Shown here piece by piece: positions 1-8,165 of a stretch of DNA of 64,000 bases. The number at the start of each line of letters is the position of its first letter. Position 1 is the first letter of the stretch. The translations under genes and the position numbers were made by a program. The DNA lies in sequence record PV204681, one strand, 5' to 3'. The DNA is from Escherichia phage vB_EcoM_JQD51. Under the pieces are notes generated by a model. That model searched no databases. It was not told the DNA's origin and saw only the letters and a list, made by a program, of their open reading frames with translations.

Positions 1-761
1 TCATATTTCTGGAATAACTCACCTTCTTGGCGGTCAGCTTCTAAAGATTGACTTGCTGCAATAGCACGACGAGAAATTTTAGTACGAGCAATAACAGGCT
101 TATCTTTACGTTTTTCTTCTACAGCAGCAATAGAACCAGCGATAGCCGTTTCTTTGGTGACCTTTTCACCAGTCTTTTTACTCACATAAACTTCGCCAAC
201 TTCAGAATCTACTTTCGTGTACAACTCTGTGTTAATGTTAGGGATGCCTTTAATATCTTCAATGTTGGCATTTTTACGAACCATCATCACATAGGTGTGT
301 TTACCTGTGAATTGATACATTGCTGACAATACTTTAAAACGACCGCCAGTTTTAGTAGAAACTAAACGAGCAAGAAGAGTTTGAAGCTGTTGTCCACGTC
401 CTTTCAATTTCTTGGTAGGGAATCGGAACAGAACTGCATCCATACGAAGAGCTTTAACCTGTTCATATACTGTATTGAAAATGGTGTTGATTGCATCAAT
501 AGGAGCAGGACCAAGGCCGTTTTTCAATTCAGCGAGATTACCCTTTTCAGACAGACTCATAATAACAACATGAGCGTATTTGTCGCCAAGTTTAACTTGT
601 TTTACAGCATCGCCTTCAGAAAGGTAAGAGAATAAGCGAACTACGATGTTTGTATCAACATCACCAATTTTCCAGACTTGTGGAACTTTAGCTTTAGGGT
701 TCAAATTGACGACAGGAAGACTGCCTTCAGATTCAAACACTTCATTTAATTGTTCAGACAT
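1..761 (-). CDS. alt: Alt-like protein, N-terminal part (ORF runs off the window start; 3' end missing)
   Basis: Open frame from ATG at 761 (SD aaggaaa upstream) to window edge, about 253 codons; sits immediately downstream of gene 30 on the same strand as alt does in T4; N-terminal sequence resembles T4 Alt from memory only. Confidence 0.45.
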   Translation of the reverse strand, partial: MSEQLNEVFESEGSLPVVNLNPKAKVPQVWKIGDVDTNIVVRLFSYLSEGDAVKQVKLGDKYAHVVIMSLSEKGNLAELKNGLGPAPIDAINTIFNTVYEQVKALRMDAVLFRFPTKKLKGRGQQLQTLLARLVSTKTGGRFKVLSAMYQFTGKHTYVMMVRKNANIEDIKGIPNINTELYTKVDSEVGEVYVSKKTGEKVTKETAIAGSIAAVEEKRKDKPVIARTKISRRAIAASQSLEADRQEGELFQKY

Positions 762-796
762 AGTGTTTTCCTTTTAGTAATAATTTATATTTATGC

Positions 797-818
797 CAAA
801 AAAGAGCCCGAAGGCTCT
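797..818 (-). terminator. Intrinsic terminator, UUCG tetraloop hairpin (AGAGCC-uucg-GGCUCU) plus U-tract
   Basis: Inverted repeat 803-818 with cgaa loop on plus strand, A6 run at 797-802 (U-run in minus transcript). Confidence 0.7.
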
Positions 819-1006
819 TAATCCACAATCGGGAGCAAAGTACGATAAACTTCAAAATTAGGGCCTTTTTCGTACTTATCAAAATTGTCCATAAAAATAC
901 GATAGGAATCGTTATTAGGAAAATCTAATACAATTTGGGAACAAGAGGTGGAAACATTGCGACCATCTTTATTAGCGACAACTACTGTTTCTAAATAAGC
1001 TTTCAT
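818..1006 (-). CDS. Hypothetical small protein (about 62 aa)
   Basis: ORF track 818..1027; internal Met chosen so start does not run into gene 30; start/stop overlap with ligase. Confidence 0.4.
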   Translation of the reverse strand: MKAYLETVVVANKDGRNVSTSCSQIVLDFPNNDSYRIFMDNFDKYEKGPNFEVYRTLLPIVD

Positions 1007-2499
1007 TATAAACCTGTCTGGGACCACGGTCCAAATACGTCTTCAAATGAATCCGCTTCTGTTTTATCAAAACGGAACCCTTTAATAATTGGAAGGAAAA
1101 TACCTACAGTACCTTCACGGCCTTTAGAATGAACCCAACCATTACATTCACAATCAGCGATACGTCCAATTAATTTACCTTCACGGGCTTCTGTCATTAA
1201 TCGTTCACGGTCTAAATCATGACGCTCGTCTAAAGGAATAAGAACCTTTACACCGTCAACTGTTTTATGAGTTGTATCTTTAAACCCTGAACCACAATCG
1301 GTTGTAATACGACGACAACGTGATACGAGTTCGACACCACCTAATTTGTTAGGGTCTTTAGAGTGTTCATAGTATCCTACAACTTCTAAAGCGATATCAA
1401 TAACTTCTTTAAATTTAATTAGGTTCTTAGAGCGTTTGTTTTCCCAATATGAATCACGGTTTTTAAGGATAATACCTTCAAGGCCTTGGTCAACATATTT
1501 TTTATAAACCACTTTAGCTTCGTCAAGATTACGAACTAACTGGTTTTCGATAGGTTCAATTCGCTTAAAGCCTTCAGCCATATTTTCAAGAGCAGCAAAA
1601 CGAACATCGTATTTCTGACCTTTAATTTTGCCATCAGAATAGACTTCATCTAAAGGAACATAGTCCCAGGCTTGAAGAACCATACCTTCCGCTTCTTTAG
1701 GAGAAATAGTCCCTTGAAGAGATTTATTTGCTAAACCATTTGAAGTGCTACGGTCTGCAACTTGTACTTCTTCGGATTCTTCATTATCACCAAATAAGAA
1801 CGACAGATCATTTCCTGAGCTCACAGCCTTTTTAATATCGAATGAATGATAAACTAATTCACCGTCGATTAAAACCCCATTAGGGTGTCTTTCACGAGCT
1901 TCTTTAGTCATTTCCATTAGTTCATCCGCTAATAGAGTAAGACCATGGTATTCGTTACCGGCACGAGAAAAGAATTGAACACCACCATCGCGGACTTCAG
2001 CGAAACAACGAGCACCATCTGCTTTTAATTGGGCAAATGCGGGCCATTTAATATTTTTAGTAATCAATTTCTCATCATATGCAGATGCTAACATCTGTGG
2101 TTGCAATTGAATAAGTCCAGGCCACACCTTATTCGCGATAGACACTGAAGCACCTACTTCAAGGTCGCGCATCATTACGCGACGAAGGACTTCTACATCA
2201 TCAGGTTTACCATCAGCGATATAACCCATGAGCTCTTTAATTGCAGCATTACCAGTGAGTTTACGAGTGGCTAATGTGAACTCAATAAAATCCAACATGT
2301 CATCTAATTCAAGAAGTCCATACGCTTGAGACCTTTCACCAGGTCCTGGCCATTTCTTAATATAATACTGGATACCACGTGCATATGTTAAACGGTACAC
2401 ACGTTCAAGTAATTTGTTGTCCTTATTTTTCTTAAGGATTTCTTGTTTTGTTTTAGTAGAACCGATCGCAGCTATTTGGTTTAAAATATCTAAAATCAT
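1006..2499 (-). CDS. 30: ATP-dependent DNA ligase (gp30)
   Basis: 497-aa ORF; sequence recognisable throughout as T4 DNA ligase (MILxILN...KKNKDN...RVYRLTY...KADGARCFAEVR adenylation region); T4 is 487 aa. Confidence 0.95.
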   Translation of the reverse strand: MILDILNQIAAIGSTKTKQEILKKNKDNKLLERVYRLTYARGIQYYIKKWPGPGERSQAYGLLELDDMLDFIEFTLATRKLTGNAAIKELMGYIADGKPDDVEVLRRVMMRDLEVGASVSIANKVWPGLIQLQPQMLASAYDEKLITKNIKWPAFAQLKADGARCFAEVRDGGVQFFSRAGNEYHGLTLLADELMEMTKEARERHPNGVLIDGELVYHSFDIKKAVSSGNDLSFLFGDNEESEEVQVADRSTSNGLANKSLQGTISPKEAEGMVLQAWDYVPLDEVYSDGKIKGQKYDVRFAALENMAEGFKRIEPIENQLVRNLDEAKVVYKKYVDQGLEGIILKNRDSYWENKRSKNLIKFKEVIDIALEVVGYYEHSKDPNKLGGVELVSRCRRITTDCGSGFKDTTHKTVDGVKVLIPLDERHDLDRERLMTEAREGKLIGRIADCECNGWVHSKGREGTVGIFLPIIKGFRFDKTEADSFEDVFGPWSQTGL

Positions 2500-2765
2500 T
2501 TGATGTCCTCGATTTTGGTTACGGTTCTATTATAAGCCACTTCATCTAGAAGCGATTTCAGCGTTTTCTGATAAGTGGTAATCCATTTACCGAGTCCTTC
2601 AACATAGTATTCTGAAATGTAGATGAACCCTTGTTCAACACACTCTTTAAATATTTCTGCGTCTTTTACTGAACGAAACAACGGCCAGTCTCGAAAGAAC
2701 ATGTTAACATGACCGTAGTCACGTGTGGTGTTTTTGCCATCTGTAATATCATGAACTACAAACAT
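2496..2765 (-). CDS. Hypothetical protein (30.1 position)
   Basis: 89-aa ORF, 4-nt overlap with ligase start, codirectional. Confidence 0.5.
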   Translation of the reverse strand: MFVVHDITDGKNTTRDYGHVNMFFRDWPLFRSVKDAEIFKECVEQGFIYISEYYVEGLGKWITTYQKTLKSLLDEVAYNRTVTKIEDIK

Positions 2766-2774
2766 AATTAACCC

Positions 2775-3590
2775 TTAACAATTTGTAGACCAAGTCCATT
2801 TGGACGAATCTAAAGGAAAGTTTTGAATCGTCCACCATGGCCGCATATCGGTTGGTCCTTGAATTCGCCAGGTATACGGATTCGACGGAGCGCCAATTTG
2901 ATTAGGCCATGCACCTGGACTTGTTGTACCAGATTCTTTAAGCAAATCCGCCAATCGTTTTAAAAGGTCTTCACGATCTGAATCTGAATTATGCTCGGGT
3001 GGAACCAAACGAGATTCAATATCATCCCACGTGTGTACACGTTGTGCAGTACGAGGAATGGCATCACGTTCACCACGAGCCAACCAATAAATCGGTACAT
3101 TAAGAATTTCTGCTGCATGGTCGCAATGATGAGCTAAATCGTCAACGTAACAAATCACGTTATATTTTGTTTTAGCTAGTTCGAATAATTGTTCCTTTGA
3201 CGAATCATGACCACACATCATTACTTCAGAAAAAGCGCCTGGGAACAAAGCATTCAAATTAAATTGTCTATTCAATCGAGCATCAATTGAATCACCTAGC
3301 GCCGTCACGGCTACAAAATTATAGTCTTCTTTTAGTTTATTGATAACTCGAAGAGCATCCGAATAAGGCGCTAAGTAACGAATAAAATCAGAGCTATTAT
3401 ATTTTTCTATTAATTGTTTACCAAGGTTATCGTCGGTATTGAACAGTTTACCAGGAGAAATAAATTTTTCGTCCTGAATCATTTTTAAAATATGTTCTAA
3501 TGGAAGATTATATTTTTGGGCAAAATAAGGAAGTCCAGATTGCCAGCTTAAACATACACCATCAATATCAGTCAAAATAGTAGGCTTCAT
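2775..3590 (-). CDS. HAD-superfamily hydrolase-like protein (30.2 position)
   Basis: 271-aa ORF; N-terminal ILTDIDGV matches HAD motif I (DxDG[TV]). Confidence 0.55.
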   Translation of the reverse strand: MKPTILTDIDGVCLSWQSGLPYFAQKYNLPLEHILKMIQDEKFISPGKLFNTDDNLGKQLIEKYNSSDFIRYLAPYSDALRVINKLKEDYNFVAVTALGDSIDARLNRQFNLNALFPGAFSEVMMCGHDSSKEQLFELAKTKYNVICYVDDLAHHCDHAAEILNVPIYWLARGERDAIPRTAQRVHTWDDIESRLVPPEHNSDSDREDLLKRLADLLKESGTTSPGAWPNQIGAPSNPYTWRIQGPTDMRPWWTIQNFPLDSSKWTWSTNC

Positions 3591-4054
3591 AAAGAGTCTC
3601 TTAATAGGTTTAACACATCAATAAATTCAGCTTCAGTTAATATTGTATCATCTTTTGTTAGGTGGCTGGCCATGCTGTGCTTCAAAATTTTTCCTTTAGA
3701 GGCTTGTAAGGCGTCGCGAAACCCCTTGTTTTGGATCGCTGCTTCAAAATATGCATTTGTATATAATTCTTTCCATGCTTCAGAGTATCTTGAAAATGGA
3801 ACTCCTAACCAGAAGAGAGTCCCATGGTCCTGAGCTCTTGCATAAGACCTTCCAGCTTGCTGTGCGGCCAGTCCTGACAGCCCAAATATACGTCTTTGTT
3901 GTTCAACATTTTTCACCTTACATCCTTGGAGAAATCCTTCAAGACCTCCGAATTGAATACCATCCATAACGAAAGGCCACTGGGCAAAATTACTTAATGC
4001 GCATGACGGCCATTTGAAATTGCTTCTTATTTCTAATTCAGACATCTTTAACAC
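3587..4054 (-). CDS. NADAR (YbiA-like, DUF1768) domain protein (30.3 position)
   Basis: 155-aa ORF; LSNFAQWPF...G.QF...EGFLQGCK pattern typical of NADAR/YbiA family; assignment by motif memory. Confidence 0.5.
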   Translation of the reverse strand: MLKMSELEIRSNFKWPSCALSNFAQWPFVMDGIQFGGLEGFLQGCKVKNVEQQRRIFGLSGLAAQQAGRSYARAQDHGTLFWLGVPFSRYSEAWKELYTNAYFEAAIQNKGFRDALQASKGKILKHSMASHLTKDDTILTEAEFIDVLNLLRDSL

Positions 4055-4250
4055 TTATAATTTCAACATCAGCCCAATGTCCGTAACTAGGCAGACGGTC
4101 TTCAATAGATAAACCACCGTCATTTTTAAGCATTTTAATTGTCTTGATAAACGGTTCATCCTGTGGATGAATAGGCGAGCAGTCTGTTACACGATAAGTA
4201 ACTTCGATCATTTCCGTACCAAACAATTTCTGGATTAATTTATTCAACAT
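4038..4250 (-). CDS. Hypothetical protein
   Basis: 70-aa ORF in codirectional tight array. Confidence 0.4.
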   Translation of the reverse strand: MLNKLIQKLFGTEMIEVTYRVTDCSPIHPQDEPFIKTIKMLKNDGGLSIEDRLPSYGHWADVEIISVKDV

Positions 4251-4437
4251 GTTTCAACCCTTTAATAGGAGATAACTCTTTACCCATACGTATGTCAGAA
4301 GTCCAATCAACCCATTGAACAGCATACGCTTCATTGATAATTCCAGCGCCGGTTTTAAATTCAGGGAGAACTTTAAAAATCACCCCAGGAATTCCAACAC
4401 CTTTTAATTGAACTGTTTGTGCTATTAAAAATTTCAT
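4240..4437 (-). CDS. Hypothetical protein
   Basis: 65-aa ORF; early promoter immediately upstream (4462-4492). Confidence 0.4.
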   Translation of the reverse strand: MKFLIAQTVQLKGVGIPGVIFKVLPEFKTGAGIINEAYAVQWVDWTSDIRMGKELSPIKGLKHVE

Positions 4438-4461
4438 ATTTTTCCACTTACTAAAGAAATC

Positions 4462-4492
4462 ATTATACTCTAATCCGTCCTTGGATGTAAAC
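4462..4492 (-). promoter_or_regulatory. T4-type early promoter (GTTTAC -35 / TATAAT -10), dyad ccaaggacgg in spacer
   Basis: Plus-strand attata...gtaaac with 18-19 nt spacing; same architecture repeated at 50943 and 51501. Confidence 0.55.
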
Positions 4493-5106
4493 TACTTAAC
4501 GAAATTAATTTCTACCGGATGAACAACAGGTTGAGCAGTGATATATTGAGTAATTGCTTTCATGACTAGAGCTTCAGAACCAGGATTTTTCTCAACGAAT
4601 TCACGTGCTTGGTTATGAGCTTCAAGTTCACTTAGTAAACCACTTCGCTGGCATCCACGGTCTTGAGTACCTTGTTCAGATAAAAAGACGACGATGTATT
4701 TTTCATCGTCATACGGTTTAGACGGTTGAGCAAATGTTCCTTTACTTCCAAAAGGAGAGTTATGACGCCACATCACGCCGTGAGGAGTTTCAACCTTCGT
4801 ATATTCGTGCGGGCCATTTTTCTTAGTTTCTTGATGTGGAACTTCGTGGACCTTAGGGTTAGGACATTCAATAAAATGCTCATCTAAATCGGTCGAGAAT
4901 ATTAAAGTAAAACAATTACTGAATTTACCAACACCTGCCTGATAAATTTTACCTTCAGAAGTTCTAATTTCACAAACCGAGCCGGCATCAGTAACTTCTA
5001 AAACTTCAAAAGGCTCGATAAGGTCATATGAGAACATGTTTTTAAGGCGTGGAGTAATATCCCCATTTTTAAAATTCATTTTATAAAAAGTATTAACTTT
5101 AAACAT
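4492..5106 (-). CDS. Hypothetical protein (about 204 aa; GSVCEI motif)
   Basis: ORF track 4492..5136; start moved to Met at 5106 with SD gagga; shares GSVCEI motif with 5142..5507. Confidence 0.5.
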   Translation of the reverse strand: MFKVNTFYKMNFKNGDITPRLKNMFSYDLIEPFEVLEVTDAGSVCEIRTSEGKIYQAGVGKFSNCFTLIFSTDLDEHFIECPNPKVHEVPHQETKKNGPHEYTKVETPHGVMWRHNSPFGSKGTFAQPSKPYDDEKYIVVFLSEQGTQDRGCQRSGLLSELEAHNQAREFVEKNPGSEALVMKAITQYITAQPVVHPVEINFVK

Positions 5107-5118
5107 AATTTCCTCAGT

Positions 5119-5134
5119 GGGAGCCGAAGCTCCC
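5119..5134 (-). other. Intercistronic UUCG-tetraloop hairpin without U-tract
   Basis: GGGAGC-cgaa-GCTCCC inverted repeat between stop of 5142..5507 and SD of next gene. Confidence 0.5.
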
Positions 5135-5141
5135 AATTAAA

Positions 5142-5507
5142 TTAGATATCGAATTCGTTCAGAACTACATCAAAGATTGCTTCCAGGTGTTCAGGTTTAG
5201 CTCGGTTACTCAGGATATGACGAATCCAAGTTTTAACCAGAAGTTTACGATTAACACCGTTCCAGCAAGGATGAGTACCTAAATCACGTTGACGGAAATC
5301 GTCATCTAATGCAATTTTGAAGTTGGAACCTTCCATCGTGATTGAAACCGTGATGCCATTTTCAAATCGCATATAAACATAATTAGGAGTCATGCACTGC
5401 TCAATTTCACATACTGAACCATTTTTATGCTTCCACAAACAAACCATATCGATAGAACCAGCGATACCGTTAGAAACATATTTGCGTTCGAAGTTGGTGT
5501 AGTTCAT
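5142..5507 (-). CDS. Hypothetical protein (GSVCEI...CMTP motifs)
   Basis: 121-aa ORF; paralog-like motifs shared with neighbours. Confidence 0.5.
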   Translation of the reverse strand: MNYTNFERKYVSNGIAGSIDMVCLWKHKNGSVCEIEQCMTPNYVYMRFENGITVSITMEGSNFKIALDDDFRQRDLGTHPCWNGVNRKLLVKTWIRHILSNRAKPEHLEAIFDVVLNEFDI

Positions 5508-5548
5508 TTTATTCTCCAGATGTTTAAGTTGTTTGTTGGTACAGGTCT

Positions 5549-5578
5549 ATAATAACATAACCTGTACCAAAGTAAACT
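5549..5578 (-). promoter_or_regulatory. T4-type early promoter embedded in dyad acaggt...acctgt
   Basis: Plus ataata (5549-5554) and gtaaac (5573-5578), 18-nt spacer; 6-bp inverted repeat flanks the -10. Confidence 0.5.
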
Positions 5579-5581
5579 GTT

Positions 5582-5950
5582 TTATGCAACTTTAATCCAA
5601 TTGTCTAAATTTAAAACACCTTTGGCTTTCATTTTTTCGATCAGGTTATCTGCTGTAATGCGTCCATTTTGATACCATGTAACATCTTCAGAGTAACCAG
5701 TTTCTTCGTCAACATATGTTTCTGAACGAATTTTACCGGTAATAATAGTTTTTAATTCGTATGTGTCACCTGTGAAAAAGTTTGCTAACACAATTTTCCA
5801 AGAGAAATCATCTGAAGGACCTTCAGGGGTCATACAACCTACGAACTCAAATTGCTCTTTGTATAACATCCACTGGAATTCTTTAATTTCGATAGCTTTA
5901 TAACCGTCGTGGTCTTTACATTTGATGTATGAGTTCAGATTGATTTTCAT
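5582..5950 (-). CDS. Hypothetical protein (CMTP motif)
   Basis: 122-aa ORF; shares GCMTP motif with 5142..5507. Confidence 0.5.
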   Translation of the reverse strand: MKINLNSYIKCKDHDGYKAIEIKEFQWMLYKEQFEFVGCMTPEGPSDDFSWKIVLANFFTGDTYELKTIITGKIRSETYVDEETGYSEDVTWYQNGRITADNLIEKMKAKGVLNLDNWIKVA

Positions 5951-5991
5951 TTTATTCTCCGATTGTTTTATTGATTAGGTGGTACAAGTCT

Positions 5992-6020
5992 ATAGTAACA
6001 CATCCTACAGGAGAGTAAAC
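5992..6020 (-). promoter_or_regulatory. T4-type early promoter
   Basis: Plus atagta (5992-5997) / gtaaac (6015-6020), 17-nt spacer. Confidence 0.5.
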
Positions 6021-6050
6021 ATCTTTTTTAAACTTTTTCTGCCCTAAACG

Positions 6051-6075
6051 CACAAAAGGGAGACCGAAGTCTCCC
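6051..6075 (-). terminator. Intrinsic terminator (GGGAGAC-uucg-GUCUCCC + U4)
   Basis: Perfect 7-bp inverted repeat 6058-6075 with cgaa loop, A-run 6054-6057 on plus. Confidence 0.75.
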
Positions 6076-6080
6076 TAAAA

Positions 6081-6260
6081 TTATGCAACAACCTTTCCAA
6101 AACGAGAAGCATCATCTCGAAGAACTGCACGTGCTCTGCGCATGATCTTCTCAACTGTTTGATTAATACGAGAGTTCGACCCACGCTTGTATCCAGCGCG
6201 TTTAGAGGTACCATCAACTTTCTTTTCAACTGCTTTCTTTGCTTTAGCTTGTTTTGCCAT
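6081..6260 (-). CDS. Small basic protein (59 aa, MAKQAKAKKAVEKK...)
   Basis: Hand-translated ORF below the track length cut-off; ends 3 nt before the terminator hairpin; replaces overlapping track ORF 6044..6229. Confidence 0.45.
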   Translation of the reverse strand: MAKQAKAKKAVEKKVDGTSKRAGYKRGSNSRINQTVEKIMRRARAVLRDDASRFGKVVA

Positions 6261-6308
6261 TATAAATTCTCTTTAAATGAAAATGCAGGACTTATTGACA
6301 TTGCCTGC

Positions 6309-6500
6309 TCAAGCCCTCAAGGGGAACATAGGTTTTGGATATTTAACGACAGGATAACCATAAACCTCGTCATCATACCACCAAGACTTACACAGATAAC
6401 ACTTTTCTGAAGCATGATAGTAACATTCAAGAGGTACACCGTAAAATTGTCGGGGCGGTACTTCTAAAACATACCGATTCGCAAATCGATAATCAGACAA
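6309..6500 (-). CDS. Hypothetical Cys/Tyr-rich small protein
   Basis: 63-aa ORF with C..CYYH....C..C pattern. Confidence 0.4.
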   Translation of the reverse strand: MSDYRFANRYVLEVPPRQFYGVPLECYYHASEKCYLCKSWWYDDEVYGYPVVKYPKPMFPLRA

Positions 6501-6522
6501 TTCGACGGCTCCTCGATTTAAC

Positions 6523-6771
6523 TTACTTCAGGGTAATAACAAAATGTCGAACTGCTTTGCGTGCTGCAGAAGCCAGAGGCTTAGCATATTTCAATTCATC
6601 TTTAGCTTCCAGTTCAGAAGCCAGAGTAGCCTGAGCAGGATTCAGATGTTTGAAATATCGCAGGATTTCCAGTGCTTCGGCTTCAACATCAATTGACGCA
6701 CCGTAGTTTTCGTGACCGTTATTCCATGCGTTTCGTTGCAGTTCAAGAGCGTGTTGTAATTGTTTAATCAT
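6523..6771 (-). CDS. rIII: rIII lysis-inhibition accessory protein
   Basis: 82-aa ORF, same length as T4 rIII, located between the 30.x genes and gene 31. Confidence 0.75.
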   Translation of the reverse strand: MIKQLQHALELQRNAWNNGHENYGASIDVEAEALEILRYFKHLNPAQATLASELEAKDELKYAKPLASAARKAVRHFVITLK

Positions 6772-6895
6772 TTTAAATTCTCAATTCGAGATAATATTTA
6801 GTAGCCACGTTCGTCTGAATTTCACCTTCTTTCGACAAGTCTCTCAGTTGTAGGCTACCGCTTAGAAGAGTGTTCTCTTCATATAGTTATTTATA

Positions 6896-7228
6896 TCACT
6901 TATAAAGACACGGAATAGCTTTATAGTGGCATGTTACGAATTTCTGTTTAATTTCTTTAGGTTGTTTAAGTCCCAAAGCCACAAATGGATGTGGAACATT
7001 TCGAATTTGTCCAACTGGTAGTGGAGTCAAATCACCGACTTCAACAAAACCTTCAGGAACATCAGGACCTACAGAATGAACTACACATAGTTCAGGAACT
7101 TCACCTTGAACACGTTTACCAATCACAAGTCCTGATTCGGTAACTTCTTCATCACCTGCTTGAGCGGGTTCAGAAACCAGAATGACATATTCACCAACAG
7201 CACGAATTGGGAGTTGTACTTCAGACAT
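6896..7228 (-). CDS. 31: gp31 capsid-folding co-chaperonin (GroES analogue)
   Basis: 110-aa ORF matching T4 gp31 (111 aa) along its length. Confidence 0.9.
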   Translation of the reverse strand: MSEVQLPIRAVGEYVILVSEPAQAGDEEVTESGLVIGKRVQGEVPELCVVHSVGPDVPEGFVEVGDLTPLPVGQIRNVPHPFVALGLKQPKEIKQKFVTCHYKAIPCLYK

Positions 7229-7285
7229 CTTATTTCCTTGTTGTTTGACGATAGATTAATAATACTATACTATTCGTAAAGCATA

Positions 7286-7594
7286 TTACATAAGAAGCAA
7301 ACGTTCCACCGGAGTACCATCAACCGAAATTACTTTATCAAGGCGGAAAGAACGCCACTGACCTAACTTGGTGTCGAATGCTCGAACCGATTCACGAGGT
7401 TCATAACGAACTTCTGTTGCCGGATTGTTATTTTCATATTTGACTTCAAGTTCATCGCGCGAAGCAAACATAGTGCGTACCTCGCCGTTAGCCTTTTCAA
7501 ATACAACACAATGAACGCCTACAGACAGAATAGTTTTAATACGTTCACGAAGAACCATAGTTTCTTGTTCAGTTAAAATCATATTATTCACCAC
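7286..7594 (-). CDS. Hypothetical protein (31.1 position)
   Basis: 102-aa ORF between 31 and cd. Confidence 0.5.
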   Translation of the reverse strand: MVNNMILTEQETMVLRERIKTILSVGVHCVVFEKANGEVRTMFASRDELEVKYENNNPATEVRYEPRESVRAFDTKLGQWRSFRLDKVISVDGTPVERLLLM

Positions 7595-8165
7595 AAAAGT
7601 TTCGGATTTGTTCCCAATTCAGAGAACGAAGATTATTACGAGAGTACTGAATTACTTCAATACCAGCTTGTTTTAGAATGTCTGCCCAATTTTCAGGAGA
7701 TCTGTCATATAATTCTGCGTATACAACCTTTTTAATACCTGACTGCGTAATAGCTTTAGTGCAATCAGGACACGGAGAAAGCGTCGTATATAACGTAGCA
7801 CCTTCAATAGAATTACCTTTACGAGCTGCAAACAAAATTGCATTCAATTCAGCATGGATTTCGTTATTAGCAGACCATGCACTATGAGCGGCCCGATGTT
7901 CTTTAGCCAAAACAAAATTATCCACCCGTCCAAATGCTGTAGTGCCTTCTTTATGTCCAGCAACGATGACCGGGCTTGGTTTATTCTTCAACCAACCATT
8001 TTCAGATGCATGTTCGCAACAGTTAACGCCACCTGCAGGTGAACCGTTATACCCAGTAGAAATAATGCGCCCATCTTTTTCAATGACTGCGCCAACTTTC
8101 CATGAACAACATTTTGATTCTTGAGAAATCAGATATGCAATCTGAAGGTATGTGCTAGCTTTCAT
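7584..8165 (-). CDS. cd: dCMP deaminase
   Basis: 193-aa ORF (T4 Cd is 193 aa); zinc-binding HAE and PCxxC deaminase motifs. Confidence 0.92.
   Translation of the reverse strand: MKASTYLQIAYLISQESKCCSWKVGAVIEKDGRIISTGYNGSPAGGVNCCEHASENGWLKNKPSPVIVAGHKEGTTAFGRVDNFVLAKEHRAAHSAWSANNEIHAELNAILFAARKGNSIEGATLYTTLSPCPDCTKAITQSGIKKVVYAELYDRSPENWADILKQAGIEVIQYSRNNLRSLNWEQIRNFCGE

Noticed and set aside
6044-6229. 61-aa minus-strand track ORF
   Set aside because: It runs through the terminator hairpin at 6058-6075; the 59-aa frame 6081..6260 ends just before the terminator and has a proper start, so that was annotated instead.
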